Shown one piece after another: positions 33,213 to 43,416 of a stretch of DNA of 64,000 bases. Source of the DNA: a virus; the IMG/VR virus record IMGVR_UViG_3300010430_000007, positions 1 through 64,000 of that record, one strand, 5' to 3'. How positions within the stretch are numbered: the first letter of the stretch is position 1; each line of letters starts with the position of its first letter. The notes under the pieces were generated by a model, which worked only from the letters and a program-made list of their open reading frames with translations, was not told the origin of the DNA and ran no database searches. The position numbers and the translations under genes were made by a program.

Positions 33213-33554
33213 TTATTCTTTCTCTAAATTATACTCAATCAATTTAACTCCATATTGCAAGTTTCTCTTACCAAACTTTACTTCTAAATAATTCAAATCA
33301 CTTGAATTCTTGCAATAGTTCATCATTTTTGACACAAGTTCTTCGTAGGTTCTGTACTTTCCATTCATATGATAATGTCTGTGCAACATTGTTAGTACTG
33401 TATGGATTAGCCTCTCTTCATAATATTCATAAGACCCATATATATTGTTTCCGTTCATTCTATATGCTGTCATCTGTATATCTCTAACTACTTCATATAC
33501 ATTTGAACCAGAGGCTTCACATATTGGAAATAGTCTTGTAACATATTTATCCAT
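33213..33554 (-). CDS. Hypothetical protein
   Basis: 113 aa with SD. Confidence 0.65.
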   Translation of the reverse strand: MDKYVTRLFPICEASGSNVYEVVRDIQMTAYRMNGNNIYGSYEYYEERLIHTVLTMLHRHYHMNGKYRTYEELVSKMMNYCKNSSDLNYLEVKFGKRNLQYGVKLIEYNLEKE

Positions 33555-33556
33555 AA

Positions 33557-33847
33557 TTACTCCTCCTTAATCAAATCTCTAATATCCTTACTTAAATCCC
33601 TAACCGCTTTAGTGCTTCCTTCCAGCTCTCTCAGCTCTGTATTGATTAATTTTAAAGAGTCGCTGAAAATATTTCCAATTTCAGACATTTCATTTCCAGC
33701 TTCGCCGAGTCTGGCTACACTGATTTTAATGTTAATGCTTAGATTATTTAATTGTTTAACCTGCTTCTCGATTAGCTTCAGTTTATCAAATGATGACGTA
33801 CTACCTTCAAATAATTGTATACTAATATTGTTTAATTCATTCTTCAT
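33557..33847 (-). CDS. Small coiled-coil protein resembling a chemoreceptor (MCP) signalling tip
   Basis: QLNNLSINIKISVARLGEAG compared with MCP consensus [20 protein letters not shown]; own promoter. Confidence 0.55.
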   Translation of the reverse strand: MKNELNNISIQLFEGSTSSFDKLKLIEKQVKQLNNLSINIKISVARLGEAGNEMSEIGNIFSDSLKLINTELRELEGSTKAVRDLSKDIRDLIKEE

Positions 33848-34295
33848 TTAACTCCCTCCCTTTGAATACATCATATCATAACAAAAGCACAAAGTCAATA
33901 CCTTGTGCTAAAGTTTTTTATTTAATTAATCTTAATTTATTTGTATTACAGTATAAAACAAAGTCGTCTGCATGCATTTTCTTTTGTAAATCTTCGAAGG
34001 TGTAATATAATATTTCATTAACTTCAGCTTCAATCATCTCTACAGATAAGCTTCCTAAACTTCTTATGATTGTGTCTCCTATATTGTATGGAAAACGTTC
34101 ATTTCTTGTATGAAATTTCATTCTTGCTTCTTGTTCATCTTCGGCAAAAATCCACTCATTCCAAAAATAATCATAATCATTCTTTTTAGACAATAAAAAC
34201 TTTGTCTTTCCACTCACTTTATAATACGCTTCATATACTTTCATAATATAACCTCCTATTATTTAAAACTCGATAAAACAATCTTTTCATGCAGT

Positions 34296-35477
34296 TTATG
34301 CTTTGAAATTATAAATTGGCTTAATAATCTCAATAATTTCTACTGTGTCCCGAACATTGTCAATTATCTCTTGCATAGGCTTGTAAGCCATTGGAGATTC
34401 ATCTATTGTAGATTCATTGACTGAAGTCGAATAAACATCCTTCATTGATTTCTCAAATTCTTCTAGATTGACTAGCTCTTTTGCTTGACCTCTGCTCATA
34501 ATTCTACCTGCTCCATGCGGTGCTGACATATTCCAATCAACATTTCCTTTCCCTAAAGCAATAATACATCCATCTCTCATATTCATGGGAATAATAACCT
34601 TTTCTCCTAGTTTAGCTGAAATAGCACCTTTTCTTAACACCATCTCACCTGTATTAATATAATTATGGATTGTCTCGAATTGGTCTACAATATTCAAATC
34701 GAATTTTCGAATAATTCTCTCAGCCATCTTCTTTCTATTTAAACTTGCGTACTCTTGAACAATTTTCATATCATGAATATAATCTTTAAAGTTATCTCCT
34801 TCAACATATGATAACGCCTTCTTAACTTTTGGAACGTCTCGTTTGATAACACTGATTGCATATTCAATTTCTTTACTTCTATTCTTAGACTTTAAAAATT
34901 CAATTGTTTCTTTAATCTTTTCTTTTTGGTAATTCGAACTCTGGAATGCTTTCTCTTGATAATGGTCGGCAACTTGCTTTCCTAAATATCTACTTCCACT
35001 ATGGATGACCAAATATTTATCTCCATTCTCAGCGATATCGATTTCTATAAAGTGATTCCCTCCACCTAGACTACCAATTGATTTCTTTGCTCTACTTAGA
35101 TTAATACTTTTAAAACATCTTAAGTTATATAGTTTTTCAAATTCGTCTTCTCTTGTGTTAACATCTTGCCCATAGGGAATATTTTTTCTAATATAATTAT
35201 CTAAATCTTCTAAGTTTAAATCCACTTGTCCTAGATTCACAACGTACATCCCACAACCAATATCAACTCCCACTAAATTTGGAACAACTTTATCTTCAAT
35301 ATTCATAGTAGTGCCAATAACACATCCTGCTCCAGCATGGAAGTCTGGCATGATTTTAATATTCAAGTCTTTAGTCCACTCTTCATTTAACAACTCAATT
35401 ATTTGAGAGCTCGCCTTGTCGTTATAACTATTTGAAAAAACAGTAGCCTCTCCATATTTCCCTCTTAATTCATACAT
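34296..35477 (-). CDS. rtcB: RtcB-family RNA ligase
   Basis: MPDFHAGAGCVIG, VGVDIGCG, SLGGGNHFIE, HSGSR, HNY, RKGA, SAPHGAGR, DESPMAYK. Confidence 0.95.
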   Translation of the reverse strand: MYELRGKYGEATVFSNSYNDKASSQIIELLNEEWTKDLNIKIMPDFHAGAGCVIGTTMNIEDKVVPNLVGVDIGCGMYVVNLGQVDLNLEDLDNYIRKNIPYGQDVNTREDEFEKLYNLRCFKSINLSRAKKSIGSLGGGNHFIEIDIAENGDKYLVIHSGSRYLGKQVADHYQEKAFQSSNYQKEKIKETIEFLKSKNRSKEIEYAISVIKRDVPKVKKALSYVEGDNFKDYIHDMKIVQEYASLNRKKMAERIIRKFDLNIVDQFETIHNYINTGEMVLRKGAISAKLGEKVIIPMNMRDGCIIALGKGNVDWNMSAPHGAGRIMSRGQAKELVNLEEFEKSMKDVYSTSVNESTIDESPMAYKPMQEIIDNVRDTVEIIEIIKPIYNFKA

Positions 35478-35577
35478 ATTTAAATCCTCCTTATATATTC
35501 ATTATACACTAATCAGAATAAAAGTCAAGCATTATTTTATACTTGACTTAAATATTTTTGTTTTTGTTACTATGTTT

Positions 35578-36132
35578 CTAAAACATATTTCTGGCAATTC
35601 CATCTCCAGCTTCAAACATCTCTTTGAATTTGTCGCTATTTCTAAATTGTTCTTGATTTATATTGTCTAGCGTTGCCAACTCTTCCTTTGATTTTTCAAT
35701 GCCTAATTCTTCACATAAAATTGCATATACTTCCATATTCGGAGCATATCCATGTTGTTTAAACAACTTTTTAGAATCGCATTTGTTAAAGTATTCTTCT
35801 AATGCAAACGCAACGGCTGAAGACCTACTGATTCCAGCATGACAGTGAACAATTAATCCACATTCGAAGTCTGTGATTAAGTCTACAAAAGTTTTAATTT
35901 TATATGCTATTTCTTTAGTGAAAAATTTTAAATTTCGTTTGTTTATATAATCTTCTGGAATATTGTCTGTAGTTTCAATATCACTAAATACTAGCCTCTT
36001 TGTAGCTATTGACGTTTGAAACAATGGCTTTATTTCATCGAAATCAGTTATTGATACACATGCCCATTCTTTTTCGTGGCTGTATGAAAAGAAGTCTTCT
36101 GCATTATCCTTACTCATTATTCTTATATCCAT
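35578..36132 (-). CDS. Protein-tyrosine/dual-specificity phosphatase-like protein
   Basis: VHCHAGISRSSA matches the CX5R motif. Confidence 0.85.
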   Translation of the reverse strand: MDIRIMSKDNAEDFFSYSHEKEWACVSITDFDEIKPLFQTSIATKRLVFSDIETTDNIPEDYINKRNLKFFTKEIAYKIKTFVDLITDFECGLIVHCHAGISRSSAVAFALEEYFNKCDSKKLFKQHGYAPNMEVYAILCEELGIEKSKEELATLDNINQEQFRNSDKFKEMFEAGDGIARNMF

Positions 36133-36566
36133 ATTTTCTCCTATCCAAATGAAAGCTTGATTTCATCGGTTTACTTTTTATCTTGGATATAAACATCTTT
36201 TGCTCTTATTCCAAATCTATATGGGTTAATATAAAAAGAGTATTTTATATTACTAAAGAAGTGTTTTGTAAATCCAATTATCGTGTAAACCCACACTATT
36301 GGATTGTATATATTTTCTAAAACTCTTATATCATAAACTTCATCATAGTTCTCATAGATACTATCAACCAAATCCTCATTTTCCAATTTCTGAACTTCTA
36401 TGTTTACAATTTTAAGGTTGTTTAATCTTCTTAACCAATCTTTATTAGACAAATAACTTTTCTTTATATTATTCATATTTTCCTCCTATTCTACATTTTT
36501 AATAATCTAGTAATTTCAATACTTACGGCGATTACAAAACCTCATGAAATTTCGATTTCAAATGGT

Positions 36567-36917
36567 TTATAAAAAATCAATAATTGATTCCCAAATTTCT
36601 TCCGCTACTTCTTTTTTAGTTACATCATAATCATCCAAATAATTTTTAAAATCTGGCAGTCTGTTGATGAGTCTATCTACGACAATATCACATAGATTTT
36701 CATCATCGGTTCCGACTATTTCAAAATTAAACATGCTTTGTGGTAAAATTTTACCATATAATTCTCTAGACGTAATTCTAACATTTCCTCTCTTGTCTAT
36801 AATTCCTTGACTTCCTGCCGGAAGAACTACCTTATCTTCTCCCAACATTGATACTAATTCTACATCTTTGTCAAATGTTATTGTCTGGCACACTTTTACT
36901 TTTAATTTTTCTTCCAT
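36567..36917 (-). CDS. Hypothetical protein
   Basis: 116 aa; bracketed by sites 36544 and 36945. Confidence 0.7.
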   Translation of the reverse strand: MEEKLKVKVCQTITFDKDVELVSMLGEDKVVLPAGSQGIIDKRGNVRITSRELYGKILPQSMFNFEIVGTDDENLCDIVVDRLINRLPDFKNYLDDYDVTKKEVAEEIWESIIDFL

Positions 36918-37665
36918 ATTTATCTCTCCTTTTTATATAAGTCCTTGAAATGACGGTTTTATTTACTTTAATAGTCCATATATCTATATTCACCTGATGC
37001 AACCTCATAATCAATGTCTTTTGTTTTTAAAATATCACACATAATTTTGGTCAAACCAGTCATACTTCTAAACTCTGGTATTTCATAATATCCATGACAA
37101 CCATTATAAAAATCTCCACTATTTCCCTCCATAATAGAAACTCCATTAAGTGTTAGCATATGCATATCACAAGAGTTGTCATGCAGTTTTTTAATCAAAT
37201 TAACACTCCATTCGGGTATCTTTTTAGTTTTTGTTTCTGATAGTTTAATTTCAATATAATTCATATACAACCTCCTCTTGTTCTAAATGAAATTGCTGTT
37301 TCATGGTCTGTCAAAATATCCATCTACATCAAAATATTCACTGCCTTGCCACATTACCGTATATAGTCCAGCACCACACTTTAGTCTCACTCCTTGTATT
37401 CCATTTGATAACACTTGAATTGATTCAACTTTATAAGCGAACCCTTTCTTAAACACTTTACAGACATCATTCAATTGAAAGTTTTTTATACATAGTACCT
37501 TTTTCATCTAAGCCCTCCCGAATATAACATTCTCCAATAAATCCTGCAACCCTCTCACATCATGCTCATCAAAATTTACATTGATATCGCTCTTAACTCT
37601 TTTAATTTCTTCAATTAATCCTTGTCTAATATTTAAACTCATATTTTATCTCCTATAATTAAATT

Positions 37666-37772
37666 CTAGTCCATCTAACAGCGTGGTCGTTGCCTTACGC
37701 AATCACTGTCGCCCATATAGGTCTCAGGGTTACTGGTTTATGGACTGCCTACTGGAAACCCTTTTTCGGCTA
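37666..37772 (-). ncRNA. Candidate structured RNA (GC-rich intergenic element with pseudoknot-type pairings)
   Basis: Pairings GGGUUUC/GAGACCU, AGUCCAU/AUGGACU, ACAG/CUGU and UUGC-GUAAG-GCAA; family not recognised. Confidence 0.5.
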
Positions 37773-38510
37773 ATATTATCTATAAATATCTATAGTAGTC
37801 CAACTCTCTCCATATTGACCATTGTAATATCTTTGTTTAATTTTATAACTTGACAGCCAAATTAGTTCATAATTAATTCTTTTGGGAATCCAAGCAAACT
37901 TCTTGACTTCTCTGATAGTACCGTCTTTAATTTTCTTATATTTTTTAATTCTCATATTATCACCTCAATTACATGTTAACACACTTATTATTATTTGTCA
38001 ACTATAAATTTCTGAATAAATTGTGCATTTCATCGTCTTATTGATTTTTTATTCCATAAAATATATTTTGGATTCCTGTCTTCATAATTTGCAATTATCC
38101 ACTCAAGAATATCGTAGTTTCCTCTACTATAGTCAGATGCAAGAACACCTGTTTTCTCTAGGTATTTCTTTTGTTTTCTAGCTAGCCTAGTTAAATTTCT
38201 AACCGTGGGTTTTCTATATTTTCTTCTTCTCATATTATCTCCTTTCCAAATGAAATACATCTTTCATCGTTTCTTACAATCAACCCATATATAACCATTT
38301 TGAGAATCTACTTTTGTCACAATGTAATCATCGAAATCTCCGTACGGTATATTTTTTCCAATCATATCTTTCCAAGCTTTTAATGCAACTTCCTCTGGTA
38401 TAAAATCTCCATTTCTCTGAAGTCCAATCGGAACAGAAAAACAAATTGAATCTGAGTTTGGTATGGCTAAATCTACCCCTATTACATATTCATTGTTATT
38501 TGAAATCATA

Positions 38511-38981
38511 TTACTCCTCCATCACAGTCGAAATGCATTTATCAAATCCATCGCTATTATAAAACTCATCAATTTTATCGTCTAATTCTCTTACCTGCTG
38601 TTTTAATTCTGATTGTTTCTTAATACTGTCCGTCTTATTATGTTTTTCCCATAAATCTTTTCTGTTGTTCTTTAACGAAAAATATCTATCACTCAAATCA
38701 ACAATATCTACAATCTCAACTTCAATTTTTTCTTGACAAAATGGACAGTAATCAATTTTGCTATACAGGTAATCTATGTCTGTATCACTCTCATAATAAT
38801 CATAATCAACAGTTGTTTCTACGAGTTTTACAGAATATCCAACTTTGCCCAATAACTCGCAGCATGCTTTATTCAAATCAACGGAATCATGATTTAATAT
38901 GCTGTCACAACATTTTTCAAATCCTACTACTTTATACGATTTCTCTCCATCAAACCTAATTTCCTGTGCTTGTATTTTCAT
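38511..38981 (-). CDS. Hypothetical protein
   Basis: 156 aa; CC motifs and IDYCPFC. Confidence 0.7.
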   Translation of the reverse strand: MKIQAQEIRFDGEKSYKVVGFEKCCDSILNHDSVDLNKACCELLGKVGYSVKLVETTVDYDYYESDTDIDYLYSKIDYCPFCQEKIEVEIVDIVDLSDRYFSLKNNRKDLWEKHNKTDSIKKQSELKQQVRELDDKIDEFYNSDGFDKCISTVMEE

Positions 38982-39028
38982 ATTTTATACTCCTTAATCT
39001 TCAAATGAAAGTCTTATTTCATGTTGAC

Positions 39029-39610
39029 TTATAATTCTCTTAATTGCCTTTCTATTTCTAACTTTTGATTTTCCAATTTCTTTCTGCACTCTTCTTTTAT
39101 TGATTTTTCAAGTTCTAAGTTGTCCATCTTCCATTTGTCCATCAATTGTTTTGAGCGTTCGATTTGATTTGTGTCTGAGAATCTTGAAAAATAGAACGTG
39201 TCGTTGTTTCTAATTCTTTTGATAATTATGCTTGGAATATAGACTTCACAATGGTCTTCAACCATTTTAAATTCCATCTCATAAAGACATCCATTGTCTG
39301 TCTCGTCGTAGTAGTCGTAAAACTCCATATATTCATACCCATCACTATTTAAAAGCTGACTTTCTTTTGCAAATCTAATATAAATACGAAACATGTCTGT
39401 CTCATATATATTACATTCTTCATCTTCATGGCGTGAGTCTATTCCTAAGTCTATCTCAAACCTTTCACCAAGTTCAATCATTTCATCTTTTATCTCTGAT
39501 TTAACGTCGTCAAAACACACTTTCATTTGAGCCATATGCATTGATGTTTGTGTAGTGTTATTTCCGTTCGGTATAAAGCACTTGTCTAACATTTTTAAAA
39601 ACTTACTCAT
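39029..39610 (-). CDS. Hypothetical protein
   Basis: 193 aa; bracketed by sites 39005 and 39635. Confidence 0.7.
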   Translation of the reverse strand: MSKFLKMLDKCFIPNGNNTTQTSMHMAQMKVCFDDVKSEIKDEMIELGERFEIDLGIDSRHEDEECNIYETDMFRIYIRFAKESQLLNSDGYEYMEFYDYYDETDNGCLYEMEFKMVEDHCEVYIPSIIIKRIRNNDTFYFSRFSDTNQIERSKQLMDKWKMDNLELEKSIKEECRKKLENQKLEIERQLREL

Positions 39611-40636
39611 AATTCGCCTCCTAATCTAATTTAGATGAAAGAACAATTTCATCATATTCCGAATAATCTATATGCTCTTTCTTCTCCCAAAGACGTATGG
39701 CTATCTTCAATTTTAGCATTTAAAATCCTATCATCACTATCAAAACACTCCTTACAGCAAGTTTGGCCTCCATATGGATGACCTTGTATCCTATGGTAAG
39801 TATTTTTACGCTTGCAAAATGAGCATGTAACCATATTTGTCAACTTTTTAATTTTTACCAACTTCATATTGTACCTCCTAATCAGTCCCTAAATAATATT
39901 GACTCCATCTTCTCTGTAGTTCACAACCTTCAATCTCTCTAAATTCACCATCATTACTTGCAAATGCAATTATGTTGTAGTCTGCTTTATAAACAGTTCC
40001 ACCTTCTACGTTCTGAACTTTGTCGTTTTCAAATTCTTTTAGAAAATCCATATAATCTCTACTCATGATTATCTCCTCTCATTTTTATACCACTCAGTTA
40101 ATTTCTCCAACTCATTCTCGTTTACAGAATCACCTTCTCTGACTTTGTTCTGTAGCTTCAATAATACTACTGTATATTCTAATACATTACCATCCAACTC
40201 TAGACACCTCCATTTTAATGTCGCTGTGTCCATTGTGCCTCATCTCAGTAGCATATTTAACTTCACTATATGTTAAACCTGCTTCGCTTTGATAATGTTC
40301 GTCTGGGTGGAAATAAATATATCCACTAGCAAACAGTACCAATAATATAATTCCTATAATAACTGCTTTCATATTAATCATCTTCAAACCCCTCCTGTTT
40401 AATTCTATTTACTTCTTCTGGTTCTATGCCTAGAAAACCTGCAACATATACTTCTGGATATTCGTCTATAGTTTTGTCGTTATAATCTCTCCATTTAAAC
40501 CATTTTTCTTTAAGTGTTAATTCGTTAAATGGCTTCTTTTTCTTTTTAAATAAATTCATATCAACTCCTCCTTTTGATAATATAAGTATATATCATTGAA
40601 ATGGGTTTGTCAATAGGTAAATGAAAATTAATATAA

Positions 40637-40664
40637 GAAAAAAAGATAGAAATTAATCTACCTT
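40637..40664 (-). terminator. Intrinsic terminator
   Basis: AAGGTAGA-loop-TCTATCTT plus a T-run, followed by a new promoter (-35 at 40608). Confidence 0.6.
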
Positions 40665-41138
40665 TATCTTAATAGTTTTCTAATGTCAATTATTCTAAGT
40701 GGATATAAGAATAAATGAAATAAGAACCATAAAAATATTTCAATAAATGTAGCACTATGAGCATACATAAACATTGCCCAATACAATGCAACTAATAATC
40801 CTATTCCTAAATAAATACACAACCCAATCATAAACACACCTCCTTTTAACAACTAGTTAAAATATGAATTTTATTTGATTGCTATTCAGCTCTTACTAGT
40901 ATTGTATTCATACTCTTAAATTCCACTTCAATTATACCATATTCTTGGTCATCAAACTTATTTCCACAATCGTAACAAGAATATCTCGGATACACTCTTT
41001 TTCTCCTCTTTCCGTTAATTGGTTGTCTGTCTATCCATTCTTCTCTAATACTCTTAGATTTAAATATTGTTGTTCCACTACATTTTGGACACTTCATAAG
41101 TCCTCCTTTATTCAAAATAAAATTGTAATTTCATGTTG

Positions 41139-41540
41139 TTATTCATCGTCTTTATCTTTATCCTTTTCTCTCAATCCAAACATTACAAACATAACAGATA
41201 AAATAACATAAGTCCAAAATCCATTAATTGTGAAATCATTAAATATTGATTCACAAATCCATAATCTCATTGGTGTGATAAGTAATGCCAAAGGAAGTCC
41301 AATTGCGACTACAATACACCCTAGACATCCTGCCGTTTCGCCCTCTCCATTTTTTACAGCACTCTTCATAGAATTTGTCAATCCTTTAATAAATAAGCTT
41401 AAAATGGAGCTAATAACAGTCATTAATAGTGTTGATAAAATTAATGTTTGTTCGCTCCCTACTTGAATTTGATTTGGAAAATAAATATCCCCAAAATAAA
41501 ACGTTAATGCAATGACTATAAATCCAATAATTCTCTTCAT
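41139..41540 (-). CDS. 4-TM membrane protein, YvlD/holin superfamily IV-like
   Basis: ...LWICESIFNDFTINGFWTYVILS; bracketed by sites 41117 and 41564. Confidence 0.6.
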   Translation of the reverse strand: MKRIIGFIVIALTFYFGDIYFPNQIQVGSEQTLILSTLLMTVISSILSLFIKGLTNSMKSAVKNGEGETAGCLGCIVVAIGLPLALLITPMRLWICESIFNDFTINGFWTYVILSVMFVMFGLREKDKDKDDE

Positions 41541-42861
41541 AATTCTCCTCCTTTTAATTTGCCATGAAATAGATGTTTCATTTACTTTATAACTTGTTTT
41601 ACACATTCCCATAATGCGTCACACAAACAACTAGAGTCCTCTCTCCATAGTAATTGTCTATTTGTCAAATAAATGTCGTTCTTATCATCATTTTCTACAT
41701 ACTCAATTACAATCCAGTTGTTTGCTTTCTTACTTCTCTTTATATCATAAGTATGAATAGATTCATCTAGAATTTCCATCATTTTGCCAATATTAATATC
41801 TTGGGGTTTCATCATAAATGTGCTTTTCCCAACTAATTCAGAAAGTAATCTAAATCTTCTAGATGTTCTAACAACCGTTTCATATGGTCTTCCTTCTGGA
41901 CTGTAGTCGTCTTCTCTTTCTAGCTCTTTCAACTGCTCTTTTGTAATGTGTTGCTTCATAAGTCTCTCCTTTCTAAATCTAAATAAAATCGCCATTTCAT
42001 CACTATTTAAAAAAAATCTTCTTTCGTTTTTTTAATGGCACTCATAAATAAACAATAACATTCTTCGCATAAATCAACCTCGTCATCAATTACATTTACC
42101 TCTCTTTTTTCGTAGTAAGAAATTTCCTCTTTGCATTTTCTACACTTAAACATTTTTCTATCTGCCCAATCCATTATTCTTCCTCCTTATATCCTAATTT
42201 ACGTCTCAAATACCTAACTTCTGCCTTTAGAACCATATTTTCAACTCCCATTTTCGCTATGTTGGAAAATATATAATATAAGTATCCAATTAAAATCAAA
42301 CCAATTAAAATATAAACCCCAACTTCAGATACATCAGCCATAATCCCAACCTCCTATTCTACATGAAATTTAACTTTCATCTATTTTACAGCTTCTCAAT
42401 TATTTTAAACATTGCGTAAGACGTACATGGGATTGCGATTATTAGCTCAATTGTGTATATTTGAAAAATATCGCCATCCAGTATAAACTTCACCAACATT
42501 AAAATCATTAATATCAATAACACAACCAAGATAAACAATAATATCATAGTCATAATATCACCCTCCTTAACTCCACATGAAAGATTCATTTCATGGTGTT
42601 ATACCTTATTAATGGTTTCGCAAACTGGACACCATAACACACTCTCAACATCTCTCCAATCTGTATGGACATCTTTACTTGTATATTGAACAACAGACTT
42701 GCAATACCAACACTTACATATCTTACCTAATTTTCTTTTGCCGTATCCTTTTCCGTATTTGATTACTTTCACATCTCTCATCTCCTCTCAATACCATTAT
42801 ATCAAATCAATTCCATTTGTCAAGTGTTTTATGTAAATTAATTCAAGAAAAGACCGATTAT

Positions 42862-43416
42862 TTATCGGTCTAGTTTGTTATTTTCGCCATAATACTTCTT
42901 TCTCATTTCTTTTGCATATTCACCAGCTTCCTCTAGCTTATCTAAAGGAAATTTCTTTAAGATAGTATTTTTACCGTTCACTTGAAGCTGAACTTTCCAC
43001 CATTTTCCACCCTTGGACACATTTCTGTATCCCGACTTGTTGTTTGAATTTTTGCCATTTCTATTCATTGCGTTTTTGCTTCTGCTTTTAGGCTCTAAAT
43101 TAAATTTTCTATTATCTAAAGTATTGTGGTCTTTGTGGTCTACGTGAACTTCTCTGCTTTTGGCACCAATTATTAGCCTGTGCATGTACATTGTACTTTT
43201 TCTGTAGGTTCCATCATTATTGTAAATTTTATATATGCATTTTGCATAATAAGATTTTGTGTCAAAATTCCACCCAGCACACCATTTGCTTTGGAAGCTT
43301 AACACTTTATCGAAATCATCATTGTCAATATAGCACTCAAAACAACTTCCATCTTTTCTATCCAAATATATAATTGTATATTCGTCTAGTTTTTTAAATC
43401 TATTTTTGTATTCTAT
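42862..43416 (-). CDS. HNH endonuclease (HNH plus AP2-like domain), probable ATA start
   Basis: YMHRLII...VDHKDHNTLDNRKFNL...NNKSGYRNV. The frame is open upstream to ATA after AGGAGG. Confidence 0.8.
   Translation of the reverse strand: MEYKNRFKKLDEYTIIYLDRKDGSCFECYIDNDDFDKVLSFQSKWCAGWNFDTKSYYAKCIYKIYNNDGTYRKSTMYMHRLIIGAKSREVHVDHKDHNTLDNRKFNLEPKSRSKNAMNRNGKNSNNKSGYRNVSKGGKWWKVQLQVNGKNTILKKFPLDKLEEAGEYAKEMRKKYYGENNKLDR

Noticed and set aside
37666-37772. Assignment as a hammerhead, HDV/theta ribozyme, group II intron domain V or tRNA
   Set aside because: No CUGANGA/GAAA core, no J4/2 cytosine or P3, no AGC triad and no cloverleaf.
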